Origin: an uncultured Thermodesulfobacteriota bacterium
GTDB lineage: Bacteria; Desulfobacterota; B13-G15
Length of the DNA: 64,000 nucleotides
Assembly: GCA_964611295.1 (NCBI GenBank)
Contig: CAZSWV010000006.1
Coordinates: 7,571 to 71,570 of the forward strand
Direction: 5' to 3'
Shown: positions 29,935 to 39,177 of the stretch, piece by piece
Position numbering within the stretch: position 1 is the first letter of the stretch
Layout: every line of letters begins with the position of its first letter
Made by a program: the position numbers and the translations under genes
The notes under the pieces: generated by a model
Database searches by the model: none
What the model was told of the DNA's origin: nothing
Seen by the model: the letters and a program-made list of their open reading frames with translations, nothing else

Positions 29935-31761
29935 ATGTTCATCAAGAAGAAGGGGTGGGGGTTTCTGACGCATGTAGTACAGAGGCAGAGGTTTCAATTG
30001 GAGGATGTGGACAAACCTGAGCTATTTAAGGACATCTTCCCATATACGGAAATATGTCGCACGGTTTTTGACCACCACGTGGAACTCATCGATCCACCGG
30101 AGGAAATCTTTATAACCGATACCACCTTCCGCGACGGTCAGCAGGCCCGTCCCCCTTACACAGTGGAACAGGTAGTCGAACTCTATGACCTCCTTTACCG
30201 ACTTGGAGGGGCTGCGGGCGTAATAAGGCAAACTGAGTTTTTCCTCTACAGCCAAAGGGATAGGGAAGCGGTAGAACGATGTATGGAACGGGGATATAGG
30301 TATCCTGAGATAACAGGGTGGATCAGGGCTAGTAAGGAAGACCTTAAGCTCGTAAAAGAGATGGGTTTAAAGGAGACGGGGATTTTGACCTCAGTTTCCG
30401 ATTATCACATCTTTCTCAAACTCGGCAAGAACCGCAGGACGGCCATGATAGACTACCTAAGGATAGTGGAGGCGGCCTTGGAACTTGGGATAAGGCCAAG
30501 GTGCCATTTCGAGGACGTCACTAGGGCTGACGTCTACGGTTTTGTCGTCCCGTTGGCCCAAGAGCTCATGAGGCTTTCTGAAGAAAGCGGTATTCCGGTA
30601 AAGATACGCCTTTGTGACACCCTAGGCGTAGGTGTGCCTTATCCAGGGGTGGCCCTGCCGAGAAGCGTCCCCAAGTTGGTTAGGGCCATGGTAGAGGATG
30701 CAGGGGTGCCACCTGAACAGCTGGAGTGGCACGGGCACAACGATTTCTATAAGGCCCTAGTAAATGGGGTCACGGCTTGGCTTTACGGTTGTGCTGCTGT
30801 TAACGGGACCCTTTTAGGACTTGGGGAAAGGACGGGCAACACCCCTATTGAGGCTTTGATTATCGAGTACATAAGCCTTACCGGCAAAAGCGATGGGATA
30901 GATACCACTGCCATAACGGACATAAGGAACTTTTACGAACAGGTGATTGGTGAGAGGATCCCAAAGAACCAGCCCTTTGTAGGGGCTGAGTTTAACCTCA
31001 CAAGGGCAGGGATCCACATAGATGGTTTGATCAAGCATGAGGAGATCTATAACAGTTTCGACACTGAACGGATCCTCCGCAGGCCGCCTGCTATCTCCAT
31101 TACCGACAAATCGGGTACAGCTGGAATAGCGTATTGGATCAATTCCTATTTCGCCCTTCCACCGGAAAAAAGGGTCGATAAGCGCCACCCAGGGGTGATC
31201 AAGGTCTATAAGTGGGTAAAGGAACAATATGAAAAAGGGAGGGTCACGGATATATCCTCAGAAGAGCTTGAGAAAAAGGTGAGGAAGTACCTGCCAGAGC
31301 TCTTTATATCCGATTTTGACCGCATAAAGCAGAGGGCTTATGAAATGGCGGCCCATTTAGTGGAAAAGCTTGCAGAGCATCCTGACATCCGTTCCATGGA
31401 CCCGAAGCGTCAGGAACCCCTCCTTGGAAAGGTGTTGGAGGAACATCCGTTTATACAATTCCTCTACGTGGTAAACCTCGAGGGACGGAAGATCACACGC
31501 AACATCTGCCATCCCGAAGACAAGGCCAAATACGAGGCCATCGGTTTAGATGAGGACTTCTCCAACCGGGATTGGTTTATCGGTCCCCTTAAGTCAGGGA
31601 AGGTTTATGTGTCCAACTTTTACACCTCGCGTATCACCGGGGCCCTTTGCATAACGGTCTCGGCGCCTGTTAGGAACTACGAGGAAGAGATCGTAGGGGT
31701 TATAGGCATGGACCTGAGATTCGAAGAGTTGGTCAAGGCCGAGGAGGAAGAGGAAGAATAA
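29935..31761 (+). CDS. DRE-TIM metallolyase (2-isopropylmalate / homocitrate / citramalate synthase family) fused to a C-terminal Cache/PAS-like domain
   Basis: TDTTFRDGQQ and HGHNDFYKALVNGVTAWLYGCAAVNGTLLGLGERTGNTPIE are LeuA/NifV-family metal-site motifs. The C-terminus ...GKVYVSNFYTSRITGALCITVSAPV..GVIGMDLRF matches the Cache-domain consensus, and the protein ends in a poly-Glu tail. Confidence 0.6.
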   Translation: MFIKKKGWGFLTHVVQRQRFQLEDVDKPELFKDIFPYTEICRTVFDHHVELIDPPEEIFITDTTFRDGQQARPPYTVEQVVELYDLLYRLGGAAGVIRQTEFFLYSQRDREAVERCMERGYRYPEITGWIRASKEDLKLVKEMGLKETGILTSVSDYHIFLKLGKNRRTAMIDYLRIVEAALELGIRPRCHFEDVTRADVYGFVVPLAQELMRLSEESGIPVKIRLCDTLGVGVPYPGVALPRSVPKLVRAMVEDAGVPPEQLEWHGHNDFYKALVNGVTAWLYGCAAVNGTLLGLGERTGNTPIEALIIEYISLTGKSDGIDTTAITDIRNFYEQVIGERIPKNQPFVGAEFNLTRAGIHIDGLIKHEEIYNSFDTERILRRPPAISITDKSGTAGIAYWINSYFALPPEKRVDKRHPGVIKVYKWVKEQYEKGRVTDISSEELEKKVRKYLPELFISDFDRIKQRAYEMAAHLVEKLAEHPDIRSMDPKRQEPLLGKVLEEHPFIQFLYVVNLEGRKITRNICHPEDKAKYEAIGLDEDFSNRDWFIGPLKSGKVYVSNFYTSRITGALCITVSAPVRNYEEEIVGVIGMDLRFEELVKAEEEEEE

Positions 31762-31770
31762 GCATTTTAG

Positions 31771-32787
31771 ATGAGGGTAGAGGAATTCGATTACTATCTT
31801 CCACCATCTGCTATAGCCCAAGAGCCTGCAGAACCAAGGGACACTTCAAGGCTTCTTGTGCTCGATAGAAGGGCTTCGGGCTTCAAGGAGGTCCTTTTCA
31901 GGGACATAGTACACTTTTTAAACCCAGGCGATGTCCTGGTCTTGAACGACACAAAGGTCATACCCGCTAGGATTTACGGGAAAAGGCCATCAGGGGGTAA
32001 ATGTGAGATTTTGCTCTTGAAGGACCTCGGAGAGGGCAGATGGGAGGCCTTGCTCAAGCCCTCAAGGAAACTCAAGCCTGGTTCCCAAGTGCTAGTGGGT
32101 GATGTGGTCTTGAGGGTGAAGGAGCGAACCGAAGACGGCACGAAGGTCATTGAGTTCCCCTCTGAACAAGACGCTTGGAAACTTATGGAGGCCTTTGGTC
32201 AACTGCCCCTTCCCCCTTACGTGAAAAGGCCCCTCAACGATCAAACGCGCTATCAAACCGTTTTTGCACGTACCCCAGGTTCTACAGCGGCGTCCACAGC
32301 GGCCCTACATTTTACCGAAGAGCTCCTCAAGCGGCTTCGTGAAAAGGGCGTAAAGGTAGTGTGGTTTACCTTGCACATGGGGGTTTCGAGCTTTCGGCCT
32401 ATAAGGACAGAAGAAGTAGAAAAGCATAAGTTGGTGCCAGAATATTTCGTCTTACCTCAAGAGACTGCCGAAGAGGTAAACCGGGCCAAAGAGGAGGGCA
32501 GGAGGGTTATCGCCTGTGGTACAGGAGCCGTGAGGACGCTTGAGGCCAGGGCAGGAGAAGACGGAAAGGTTAAAGCAGGCAGTGGTCTTGTGGATCTCTT
32601 CATCGTCCCTGGGTATCGGTTCAAGGTAGTGGATGCGATGATCACAAACTTCCACATGCCCCGTTCGTCCCATTTAGTTTTAGTTTCCGCCTTTGCAGGA
32701 AGGGAAAGGGTACTTGAGGCCTATAAATGGGCCCTTGAAAGGGGGTTTAGGTTTTTGAGCTTCGGTGACGCCATGTTGATCATGTAA
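31771..32787 (+). CDS. queA: S-adenosylmethionine:tRNA ribosyltransferase-isomerase
   Basis: MRVEEFDYYLPPSAIAQEPAEPRDTSRLLVL, a full-length QueA. Confidence 0.9.
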   Translation: MRVEEFDYYLPPSAIAQEPAEPRDTSRLLVLDRRASGFKEVLFRDIVHFLNPGDVLVLNDTKVIPARIYGKRPSGGKCEILLLKDLGEGRWEALLKPSRKLKPGSQVLVGDVVLRVKERTEDGTKVIEFPSEQDAWKLMEAFGQLPLPPYVKRPLNDQTRYQTVFARTPGSTAASTAALHFTEELLKRLREKGVKVVWFTLHMGVSSFRPIRTEEVEKHKLVPEYFVLPQETAEEVNRAKEEGRRVIACGTGAVRTLEARAGEDGKVKAGSGLVDLFIVPGYRFKVVDAMITNFHMPRSSHLVLVSAFAGRERVLEAYKWALERGFRFLSFGDAMLIM

Positions 32788-32801
32788 AAAGGAGGGGGAG
32801 G

Positions 32802-33839
32802 ATGTATCTGTTCAAAAAGGGGAGCGTGAAAGAGGTTTACGTCCTAAAGGAACCTCAGGGGGGAAGTCCGGGAGAAGGTCGGTTTGTCTTCACCGACGGT
32901 TATTCTGTATTCGATTGGGGGCAAATGCCCCAGAGGATTCCAGAAAAGGGGAAGGCCCTATGCCTAATAGGGGCCTATTTCTTCGAAGAACTGGGAAAAC
33001 GTGGGATCTCTACCCATTACCTAGGGATTGAAGAAGACGGGGTGGTGAAGTCCTTAAGTGAATTGAAGGCCCCTACCGACACCATGGCCGTAAGACTTGT
33101 TAGGGTAATAGAGCCTAAAAGGGAGGGTGCTTCTTATGATTACTCCGTTTTCAAAGAGCTCGAGCATAACTTCCTGATACCGCTTGAGCTTATCTACCGA
33201 AACTTCCTTCCAGAGGGCTCAAGCGTTTTCAAGCGCCTTGAAGCAGGGAGTTTGAGCCCAAAGGACCTAGGGCTACAGGACTTTCCCAGGCCTGGGGAGA
33301 GGCTTCCTAAGCCTTTCCTTGACGTCTCCACAAAACTTGAGGCCACCGATAGGTACATATCCTTCCAAGAGGCCAAGGAGCTTTCGGGCTTAAGCGACGA
33401 GGAGCTCGAGAAGGTCAAAGAGATAACCTTTTTTGTAAATGGGCTCATAACCGAGAAGGTCAGTGCGAAGGGTTTACAGCACGAGGACGGCAAGGTGGAG
33501 TTCGCCTTTGGAGAGGGGCGGACCCTTATGGTTGTGGACGTGGTTGGTACGCCTGACGAGTGTCGCTTCACCTTTGAAGGGATGCCTTTGAGCAAGGAGC
33601 TTTTGAGGATCCTTTACCGCAGGACGGATTGGTATAAACAGATAGAAGAAGCAAAGAGGGCCGATCCGGTTAACTGGAAGCAAAGGGTTGGACCACCTCC
33701 ACCTTTGCCATGGGAGGCCATAGGGTTGGTCTCGGACCTTTATAAGGCCTTGGCCAACGAGATAACTGGAAGGGAGTGGTTTAAGGCTCCTTCTTTGAAG
33801 CAAGTCCTTGAAAGGCTAAAGGAGTTATTAGAAGGATGA
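32802..33839 (+). CDS. purC: SAICAR synthetase (long, Ade1-type PurC)
   Basis: KGSVKEVYVL...FVFTDGYSVFDW...IPEKGKALCLIGAYFFEEL...IPLELIYRNF parallels Ade1 GKVRDIYEV...FVATDRISAYDV...IPEKG...IPLEVIVRGY. Confidence 0.7.
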   Translation: MYLFKKGSVKEVYVLKEPQGGSPGEGRFVFTDGYSVFDWGQMPQRIPEKGKALCLIGAYFFEELGKRGISTHYLGIEEDGVVKSLSELKAPTDTMAVRLVRVIEPKREGASYDYSVFKELEHNFLIPLELIYRNFLPEGSSVFKRLEAGSLSPKDLGLQDFPRPGERLPKPFLDVSTKLEATDRYISFQEAKELSGLSDEELEKVKEITFFVNGLITEKVSAKGLQHEDGKVEFAFGEGRTLMVVDVVGTPDECRFTFEGMPLSKELLRILYRRTDWYKQIEEAKRADPVNWKQRVGPPPPLPWEAIGLVSDLYKALANEITGREWFKAPSLKQVLERLKELLEG

Positions 33840-34798
33840 AGGTCCTTGAGGCCAATAGGCCTGAAGCCATAGAAGAGGCGGCCCGTTTGATCAGAGAAGG
33901 TGGTATTGTAGTTTTCCCCACGGAGACCGTTTACGGCCTTGGGGCCGATGCCTTTAACCCCCTTTCTGTGGCCCGGGTCTTTGAGATAAAAAGGAGACCG
34001 CACTTTGACCCCCTTATAGTTCATATAGCGGAGCTTGAGCAACTTGCCCTTTTGGCTTCAGGATGGGATGAAAGGGCCAAAAGGCTTATGGAAAAGTTTT
34101 GGCCAGGGCCTTTGACCCTTGTATTGAAAAAGCGACCTGAAGTCCCGGAGATAGTGACAGCGGGCTTGGACACCGTAGCCATAAGGATGCCTTCACACCC
34201 GGTGGCTCTTTCTTTGATACGCAGGGCCCAACGCCCCATAGCTGCCCCAAGCGCCAATCCCTTCGGAAAATTAAGTCCTACGCGGGTCGAGCATCTGTCT
34301 AAGGAGATCCTCGAAGGCGCCGACCTGGTGCTGGATGCTGGGCCTTGCCCTGTGGGGGTAGAATCCACCATCGTGGCACTTGTGGAAGAACCGGTATTGC
34401 TCAGGCCAGGGGGTATACCGGTGGAGGAAATTGAGGAAGTTATAGGACCTCTAGTGAGGGACAGGGTCGTTTCGCGTCCTCTAGCACCAGGTGGTCTTCC
34501 CAAACATTACAGTCCCCGTACCCCCTTGAGGGTCATCAAAGGCGATTTGGAGATAAAAGAAGGCCTAAAGGTGGGGCTTTTGGCCTTCAGGAGTCCTCGT
34601 GAAGGCCCTTTCCAAATGGTAGAGGTCCTTTCCCCCAGAGGCGACCTTAAAGAAGCGGCCTCTAGGTTTTTCGAGGCCTTGCACCGCTTGGATAAAGCTG
34701 GGCTTGACCTGATATTAGCCGAGCCTGTCCCGGAGGAGGGACTAGGACTTGCCATAATGGACCGCTTGAGGAAGGCGGAGGGAATGTGGAGCGCTTGA
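33836..34798 (+). CDS. sua5: L-threonylcarbamoyladenylate synthase (Sua5/TsaC type with Sua5 C-domain)
   Basis: [34 protein letters not shown] plus a C-terminal Sua5-like domain, 320 aa. Confidence 0.85.
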   Translation: MKVLEANRPEAIEEAARLIREGGIVVFPTETVYGLGADAFNPLSVARVFEIKRRPHFDPLIVHIAELEQLALLASGWDERAKRLMEKFWPGPLTLVLKKRPEVPEIVTAGLDTVAIRMPSHPVALSLIRRAQRPIAAPSANPFGKLSPTRVEHLSKEILEGADLVLDAGPCPVGVESTIVALVEEPVLLRPGGIPVEEIEEVIGPLVRDRVVSRPLAPGGLPKHYSPRTPLRVIKGDLEIKEGLKVGLLAFRSPREGPFQMVEVLSPRGDLKEAASRFFEALHRLDKAGLDLILAEPVPEEGLGLAIMDRLRKAEGMWSA

Positions 34799-35529
34799 TA
34801 AGAGAGCTCTTGGAGAGGTTTAAAAGGGAAGAGATTACCCTTGAAGAGGTCATCGAGCGCCTGAGGGTCCTGCCCTTTGAGGACATAAGGGAAGTGCTTA
34901 TCGATCACCACCGTTCCCTTCGCAAGGGGTTTCCAGAAGTCATCTTCGGCCAAGGCAAAACCTCCGAGCAAATTTCAAAGGCGATAGAGACCCTCCTTAA
35001 AGCTGGGGAAAACGTCCTTGTTACCAGGCTCTCGCCCAAAAAGGCCGAAAGGATCTTGGAAAGGTTTCCCCAGGGGCAATATCACCCCATGCCGAGGCTT
35101 TTAACCATAAGGTCGTACGAGCCACCCAAAAGGGGACGGGGCTACATACTCGTAGTGAGTGCTGGTACCAGCGACCTACCTGTAGCAGAAGAAGCAGCCC
35201 TTACGGCCGAAGCCATGGGCCATGAGGTGAGAAGGCTTTACGACGTAGGGGTGTCGGGGATACACAGGCTCCTCTATCACCTTGAGCTTTTGAGGGGGGC
35301 AAACGTCCTCGTGGTCGTGGCGGGCATGGAGGGGGCCCTACCAAGCGTAGTAGGAGGATTGGTCTCGAGGCCAGTAATCGCAGTACCTACAAGCATCGGC
35401 TACGGGGCTTCTTTTAAAGGGGTCTCGGCCTTGTTGGGGATGCTCACAAGCTGTACCTCAAATGTTGTGGTGGTCAACATCGATAACGGCTTTTCCGCTG
35501 GTGTCGTAGCAAGCCTGATAAACGAGTAG
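34786..35529 (+). CDS. PurE-like/LarB-family protein
   Basis: N-terminal roughly 110-aa domain followed by a PurE-fold region [17 protein letters not shown]...[17 protein letters not shown]...PVIAVPTS, which is LarB-type architecture. Confidence 0.55.
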   Translation: MERLIRELLERFKREEITLEEVIERLRVLPFEDIREVLIDHHRSLRKGFPEVIFGQGKTSEQISKAIETLLKAGENVLVTRLSPKKAERILERFPQGQYHPMPRLLTIRSYEPPKRGRGYILVVSAGTSDLPVAEEAALTAEAMGHEVRRLYDVGVSGIHRLLYHLELLRGANVLVVVAGMEGALPSVVGGLVSRPVIAVPTSIGYGASFKGVSALLGMLTSCTSNVVVVNIDNGFSAGVVASLINE

Positions 35530-35535
35530 GGGGGA

Positions 35536-35562
35536 GGGGGAGGCGGTGAAGCCTCCCCCTTT
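35536..35562 (+). terminator. candidate terminator after the LarB-like gene
   Basis: Perfect 9-bp stem GGGGGAGGC / GCCTCCCCC with loop GGTGAA, followed by TTT. Confidence 0.5.
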
Positions 35563-35571
35563 GGATCAGCC

Positions 35572-37617
35572 TTAGGCCTTCTTGATCCTACATCTCAGGG
35601 CCTTTAGGTGAGGATAACCTGTCACGGGGTCTTTAGGATCAAGACCTGTGAGGAGGTTTACGTTTGCCTCTTCCCATCCATGGGAGATCAAGACGACTCC
35701 AGGTGAGAGTTCTGGGGTGGCTTTAACCTTTATCTTCAATTGTCCCTTTGGTGTTTCGACTATCGCGAGGTCTCCATCAGAGAGGCCATAGGCCTTGGCC
35801 GTTTCGGGGTTTACCTCGGCCACCGGTTCAGGATAACGCTTCCTCAAAGAGGGGAGGTTCCTGAACTGCGTGTGGGTATAGTATACAATCCGGGTTCCGG
35901 TGCTGAGCCATAGAGGATAAGCCTGGGCCTCCTCAGGATTGGAAAAGAGGACCTTTTCCGGATCTACAGGCTCTGGCAGAGGGGCATATCCGTGATCGGC
36001 AAGGGTTTGGGAGTAGAGTTCTATCTTACCTGAAGGCGTCCTTACCTTTTGTTTCTTTACCATGTCATAGGTCTTTTGGGCATAGAAGGTGCCGTGAGGA
36101 TACTGATCGAGCTTTTCGTAACTTAATCCCATGGGCTCAAGGAAGTAATCAATGACCTCCTTGTCTGTCTTCCACGGGAAGGCCTCCCCATATCCCATCT
36201 TCCTTCCCAATTCGGACCAGAACTTCCAATCAGGCCATGCCTCCCCAACAGGGTCTATCACTTGCCGACGCAACATTATGTAAGGGAGCCCCGAGGTGAC
36301 GGCATAGACATACCCCAAACCGGGCCTTTCAAGGAAGGAACAAGCAGGGAGTACGATATGGGCGTACTTAGCCGTTTCAGTCATGAACATATCCATCACT
36401 ACCAGGAGGTCCAGTTTTTCAAAGGCCTTCTTCCAAGTGGAAGACTCAGGCATGCTCAGAGCAGGATTACCAGCGGTTACGATCAAGGCCTTAACTGGGT
36501 AGGGTTTTTCCTCCAGTATAGCCTTTGGTAAGTACATGGCCTGTCCATATGGGGAAGTCCTACCCCAGAAGCTGTAAAAGATGGGATGCTGCTCAGCCCC
36601 AAGGGGCTTTTCCTCTACAGGAAGCCTCAAATCTCCAAGCCTTGGGAAGGCCACTGAGGCCCATCCACCGGGGACATCCACATTGCCAGTTATGGTCTGT
36701 AAAATGGCAAAAGCCCGCATGGTCTGGAGGCCATCGACCCTTTGGTCAAAACAGGTACCAGGGATGATACAGGCAGGCTTTGTAGAGGCAAAGGTCCTGG
36801 CGAGCTCACGGATCTGTTGGGCTGAAAGCCCCGTAATCCCTTCCACCCTTTCAGGTGTATAGGGTTTTACGTGTTCCTTGAGTTTGTCAAAACCGACAGT
36901 GTGGTTCTCGACGACCTCTTTGTCATAAAGTCCTTCTTCAACAATTACGTTTATCATGGAGAGGGCCAAAAAGCAGTCACTGCCAGGCTTAATAGGATAG
37001 TGAACGCCCAACTCAGCAAGGGGTATCCTCTTGGGATTGATGACTATGACCTTTTTACCAGCTGAAGCCCTCAAGAGGTTGCCCAAATGAGGGCGAGATT
37101 CATCTGGGTTAGTAGCCCAAAGGACCACGCAATTTGCTCCATCAGGCTCCTCAAGCAAGAAGGTCCCAAAGGTGAGTTGGTGCGCAATTATGCGCGAACG
37201 ATAGCAATTGCTCTCCACCGACAATAGGTTGGGAGTCCCATACGCCCCTTTGAACCTCTGGGCAAAGGCAGCTATTTCTAGGTTCTCAACCCCAATAGAG
37301 CCACAGAATATGGCAAGGGAATGGGCCCCATATCTTTCCTTTACCTCCTTGAGTTTTGCGGCAATCAAATCGAGGGCTTCATCCCAGCTTATCCGCTTCC
37401 ATTGGCCGTTTTCCTTCTTCATGGGATAAAGGATCCTATCAGGCGAATAAACCCAGTCGATCAACGCCTCCCCACGCGGACAAAGATAACCCTTGCTTAA
37501 AGGGTGCTCAGGCATCCCCTCCACCTTCACCAGTTTCCCGTCCTCTACATACGCCACAAGCCCACAAGACCACACACAACTTATACAAACCGTATTCACC
37601 TTCTTTAACTCACCCAT
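35572..37617 (-). CDS. cytoplasmic bis-MGD molybdopterin oxidoreductase (unknown substrate)
   Basis: N-terminal CISCVWSCG...CPRGEA 4Fe-4S motif and a formate-DH / assimilatory-NR-like fold, with no Tat signal. The start was set to the ATG at 37617 (MGELKKV), 5 nt after GGAGGTGG. An aligned Cys (SNCYRS) is at the Sec/Cys ligand position. Confidence 0.8.
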   Translation of the reverse strand: MGELKKVNTVCISCVWSCGLVAYVEDGKLVKVEGMPEHPLSKGYLCPRGEALIDWVYSPDRILYPMKKENGQWKRISWDEALDLIAAKLKEVKERYGAHSLAIFCGSIGVENLEIAAFAQRFKGAYGTPNLLSVESNCYRSRIIAHQLTFGTFLLEEPDGANCVVLWATNPDESRPHLGNLLRASAGKKVIVINPKRIPLAELGVHYPIKPGSDCFLALSMINVIVEEGLYDKEVVENHTVGFDKLKEHVKPYTPERVEGITGLSAQQIRELARTFASTKPACIIPGTCFDQRVDGLQTMRAFAILQTITGNVDVPGGWASVAFPRLGDLRLPVEEKPLGAEQHPIFYSFWGRTSPYGQAMYLPKAILEEKPYPVKALIVTAGNPALSMPESSTWKKAFEKLDLLVVMDMFMTETAKYAHIVLPACSFLERPGLGYVYAVTSGLPYIMLRRQVIDPVGEAWPDWKFWSELGRKMGYGEAFPWKTDKEVIDYFLEPMGLSYEKLDQYPHGTFYAQKTYDMVKKQKVRTPSGKIELYSQTLADHGYAPLPEPVDPEKVLFSNPEEAQAYPLWLSTGTRIVYYTHTQFRNLPSLRKRYPEPVAEVNPETAKAYGLSDGDLAIVETPKGQLKIKVKATPELSPGVVLISHGWEEANVNLLTGLDPKDPVTGYPHLKALRCRIKKA

Positions 37618-37747
37618 AAACCACCTCCTCGGTTTTCTCAACGAAACTATATAGCACACAAAAGGTAGTTTTGCAATATAGACCGATGTTCTTAAATGGA
37701 GAACAAAATTATGGGTTTGGTGGTTTTTGGGGTAAAATGCCCAACTG

Positions 37748-38584
37748 ATGGAGAGGGTTAGGTTTTGGGCGTATGGCCTTTCTGTGGTAGGGGCGTTGTG
37801 TCTTTCCTTTTTAGCGCTTTTGGGGAAGGTTGGGGGTGGGGTGCTTGATACCTGTCCAAGTGAAGGTTGTGAATTAATACAGCATTCTGGTTTTTCGGAG
37901 CTGTTTGGGATTCCGATAGCGGCATATGCCTTTGTGTTGCTCTTAGTGGTATTGGTCCTTTGGTGGATGCGGAATAAGAAGGGACTTTGGGTATTGGCCT
38001 TTCTGTTTGGAGCAGAGCTTTACTTAAGTGTAGTGGAGTTCTTTTACCTCAAAGGAGAATGTCCCCTCTGTATTGCCTTTTTGGGATTACTTGGGCTTTC
38101 CTTGGTCTTGGGGTTGGGGTACCTAGGTTGGAAGGAAGTGTTTGCCTTTGGGCTTTTTGGTTTTTTGGGCCTTCATTTCCTTTATTTCCCTTTGGGCTTT
38201 GTTCCTCGGGGTGGGGTTCCCTTCCAAGGGGAGGGGGTAATTTCGGTTTACCTTAAGCCTGGTCAAGAAGGAGAGCTAAGGGAACTAGTAGAACTTTCGC
38301 GAAAGAGAGGTTTTGAGGTCCTTTTACATTACCTAGGGTCCAGGCCCTCAGAAAGGCACAAAGCCCTTAAGCAGATTTGTCGAGCCCTTTTTGCTGAAGA
38401 AGACGGGTTTGCCTTAAGGGTGGCAGAGAGGATTTTAAGGGAAAACGAAGAAAAGGCCAAAAAGTTCGGCTTGAAGACGCCATTTGTAGTCATAAAAACC
38501 AACGGGGAGGAAGAAGTCCTAAGCCTAGAAGATGCCCTTTGGCATCTAGAGGGCTTTGTACCTTTGAACTCACCTATCCGCTAG
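37748..38584 (+). CDS. VKOR-family membrane thiol oxidoreductase with a C-terminal soluble domain
   Basis: Loop Cys pair CPSEGC followed by SELFGIP, and a TM CxxC (CPLC), the hallmarks of vitamin K epoxide reductase homologs. The C-terminal roughly 110 aa are Trx-like without a CxxC. Confidence 0.55.
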   Translation: MERVRFWAYGLSVVGALCLSFLALLGKVGGGVLDTCPSEGCELIQHSGFSELFGIPIAAYAFVLLLVVLVLWWMRNKKGLWVLAFLFGAELYLSVVEFFYLKGECPLCIAFLGLLGLSLVLGLGYLGWKEVFAFGLFGFLGLHFLYFPLGFVPRGGVPFQGEGVISVYLKPGQEGELRELVELSRKRGFEVLLHYLGSRPSERHKALKQICRALFAEEDGFALRVAERILRENEEKAKKFGLKTPFVVIKTNGEEEVLSLEDALWHLEGFVPLNSPIR

Positions 38585-38607
38585 TAGGTGGGTTTCAAAC
38601 CCTGTAC

Positions 38608-38637
38608 TTGACATGTATGGGCGTTGCCGTCTTTAAT
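38608..38637 (+). promoter_or_regulatory. candidate promoter of the XDH-family operon
   Basis: TTGACA at 38608-38613, an 18-nt spacer, then TTTAAT at 38632-38637. The RBS AAAGGGAGGAG precedes the ATG at 38668. Confidence 0.4.
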
Positions 38638-38667
38638 TTTAACCTCTTAAGCAAAGGGAGGAGTGAG

Positions 38668-39177
38668 ATGGAAGGTAAAGCCTTAAAGCTTGTAGTAAAC
38701 GGGAAACCATATGAGCTCCTGCTGGGCCGTGATGTACAGCCCTGGCATACGCTCGCTTACACCTTGAGGGAGACCCTGGGGTTGACTGGGACCAAGATAG
38801 GTTGTGACCATGGGGCATGTGGTGCATGTACCGTTTTAATGGATGGAAAGGCGATACTTTCCTGTTTGACCTTGACCGTGGAATGCGATGGGAAGAGCAT
38901 AACGACCATTGAGGGCATAGGAGATCCTGCGACAGGGCGGTTAGATCCCATACAGGAGGCCTTTATCGAACACACCGCTTTCCAGTGTGGTTTTTGTACG
39001 CCAGGGATAATCATGAGCCTCAAGGCCTTGTTTGAGGAAAACCCAACGCCTACAGAAGAAGAGGTCAAAGAGTACCTTTCGGGCCACTTTTGTCGTTGCA
39101 TTAGCCATTACCACGTCTTAAGGGCGGTAAAAGACGTGGTCGAAAAGAGGAGGAACCCAGATGGGGCAAAGGTATAG
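38668..39177 (+). CDS. xanthine dehydrogenase-family small subunit (2x[2Fe-2S]), HcrC/CoxS-like
   Basis: CDHGACGACTV (plant-type 2Fe-2S) and CGFCTPG...C..C (second 2Fe-2S). The start was re-set to MEGKALKL. Confidence 0.9.
   Translation: MEGKALKLVVNGKPYELLLGRDVQPWHTLAYTLRETLGLTGTKIGCDHGACGACTVLMDGKAILSCLTLTVECDGKSITTIEGIGDPATGRLDPIQEAFIEHTAFQCGFCTPGIIMSLKALFEENPTPTEEEVKEYLSGHFCRCISHYHVLRAVKDVVEKRRNPDGAKV

Noticed and set aside
36262-37619. Plus-strand ORFs of 64-93 aa inside the bis-MGD oxidoreductase gene
   Set aside because: They are shadow ORFs antisense to a continuous 681-aa conserved coding sequence.
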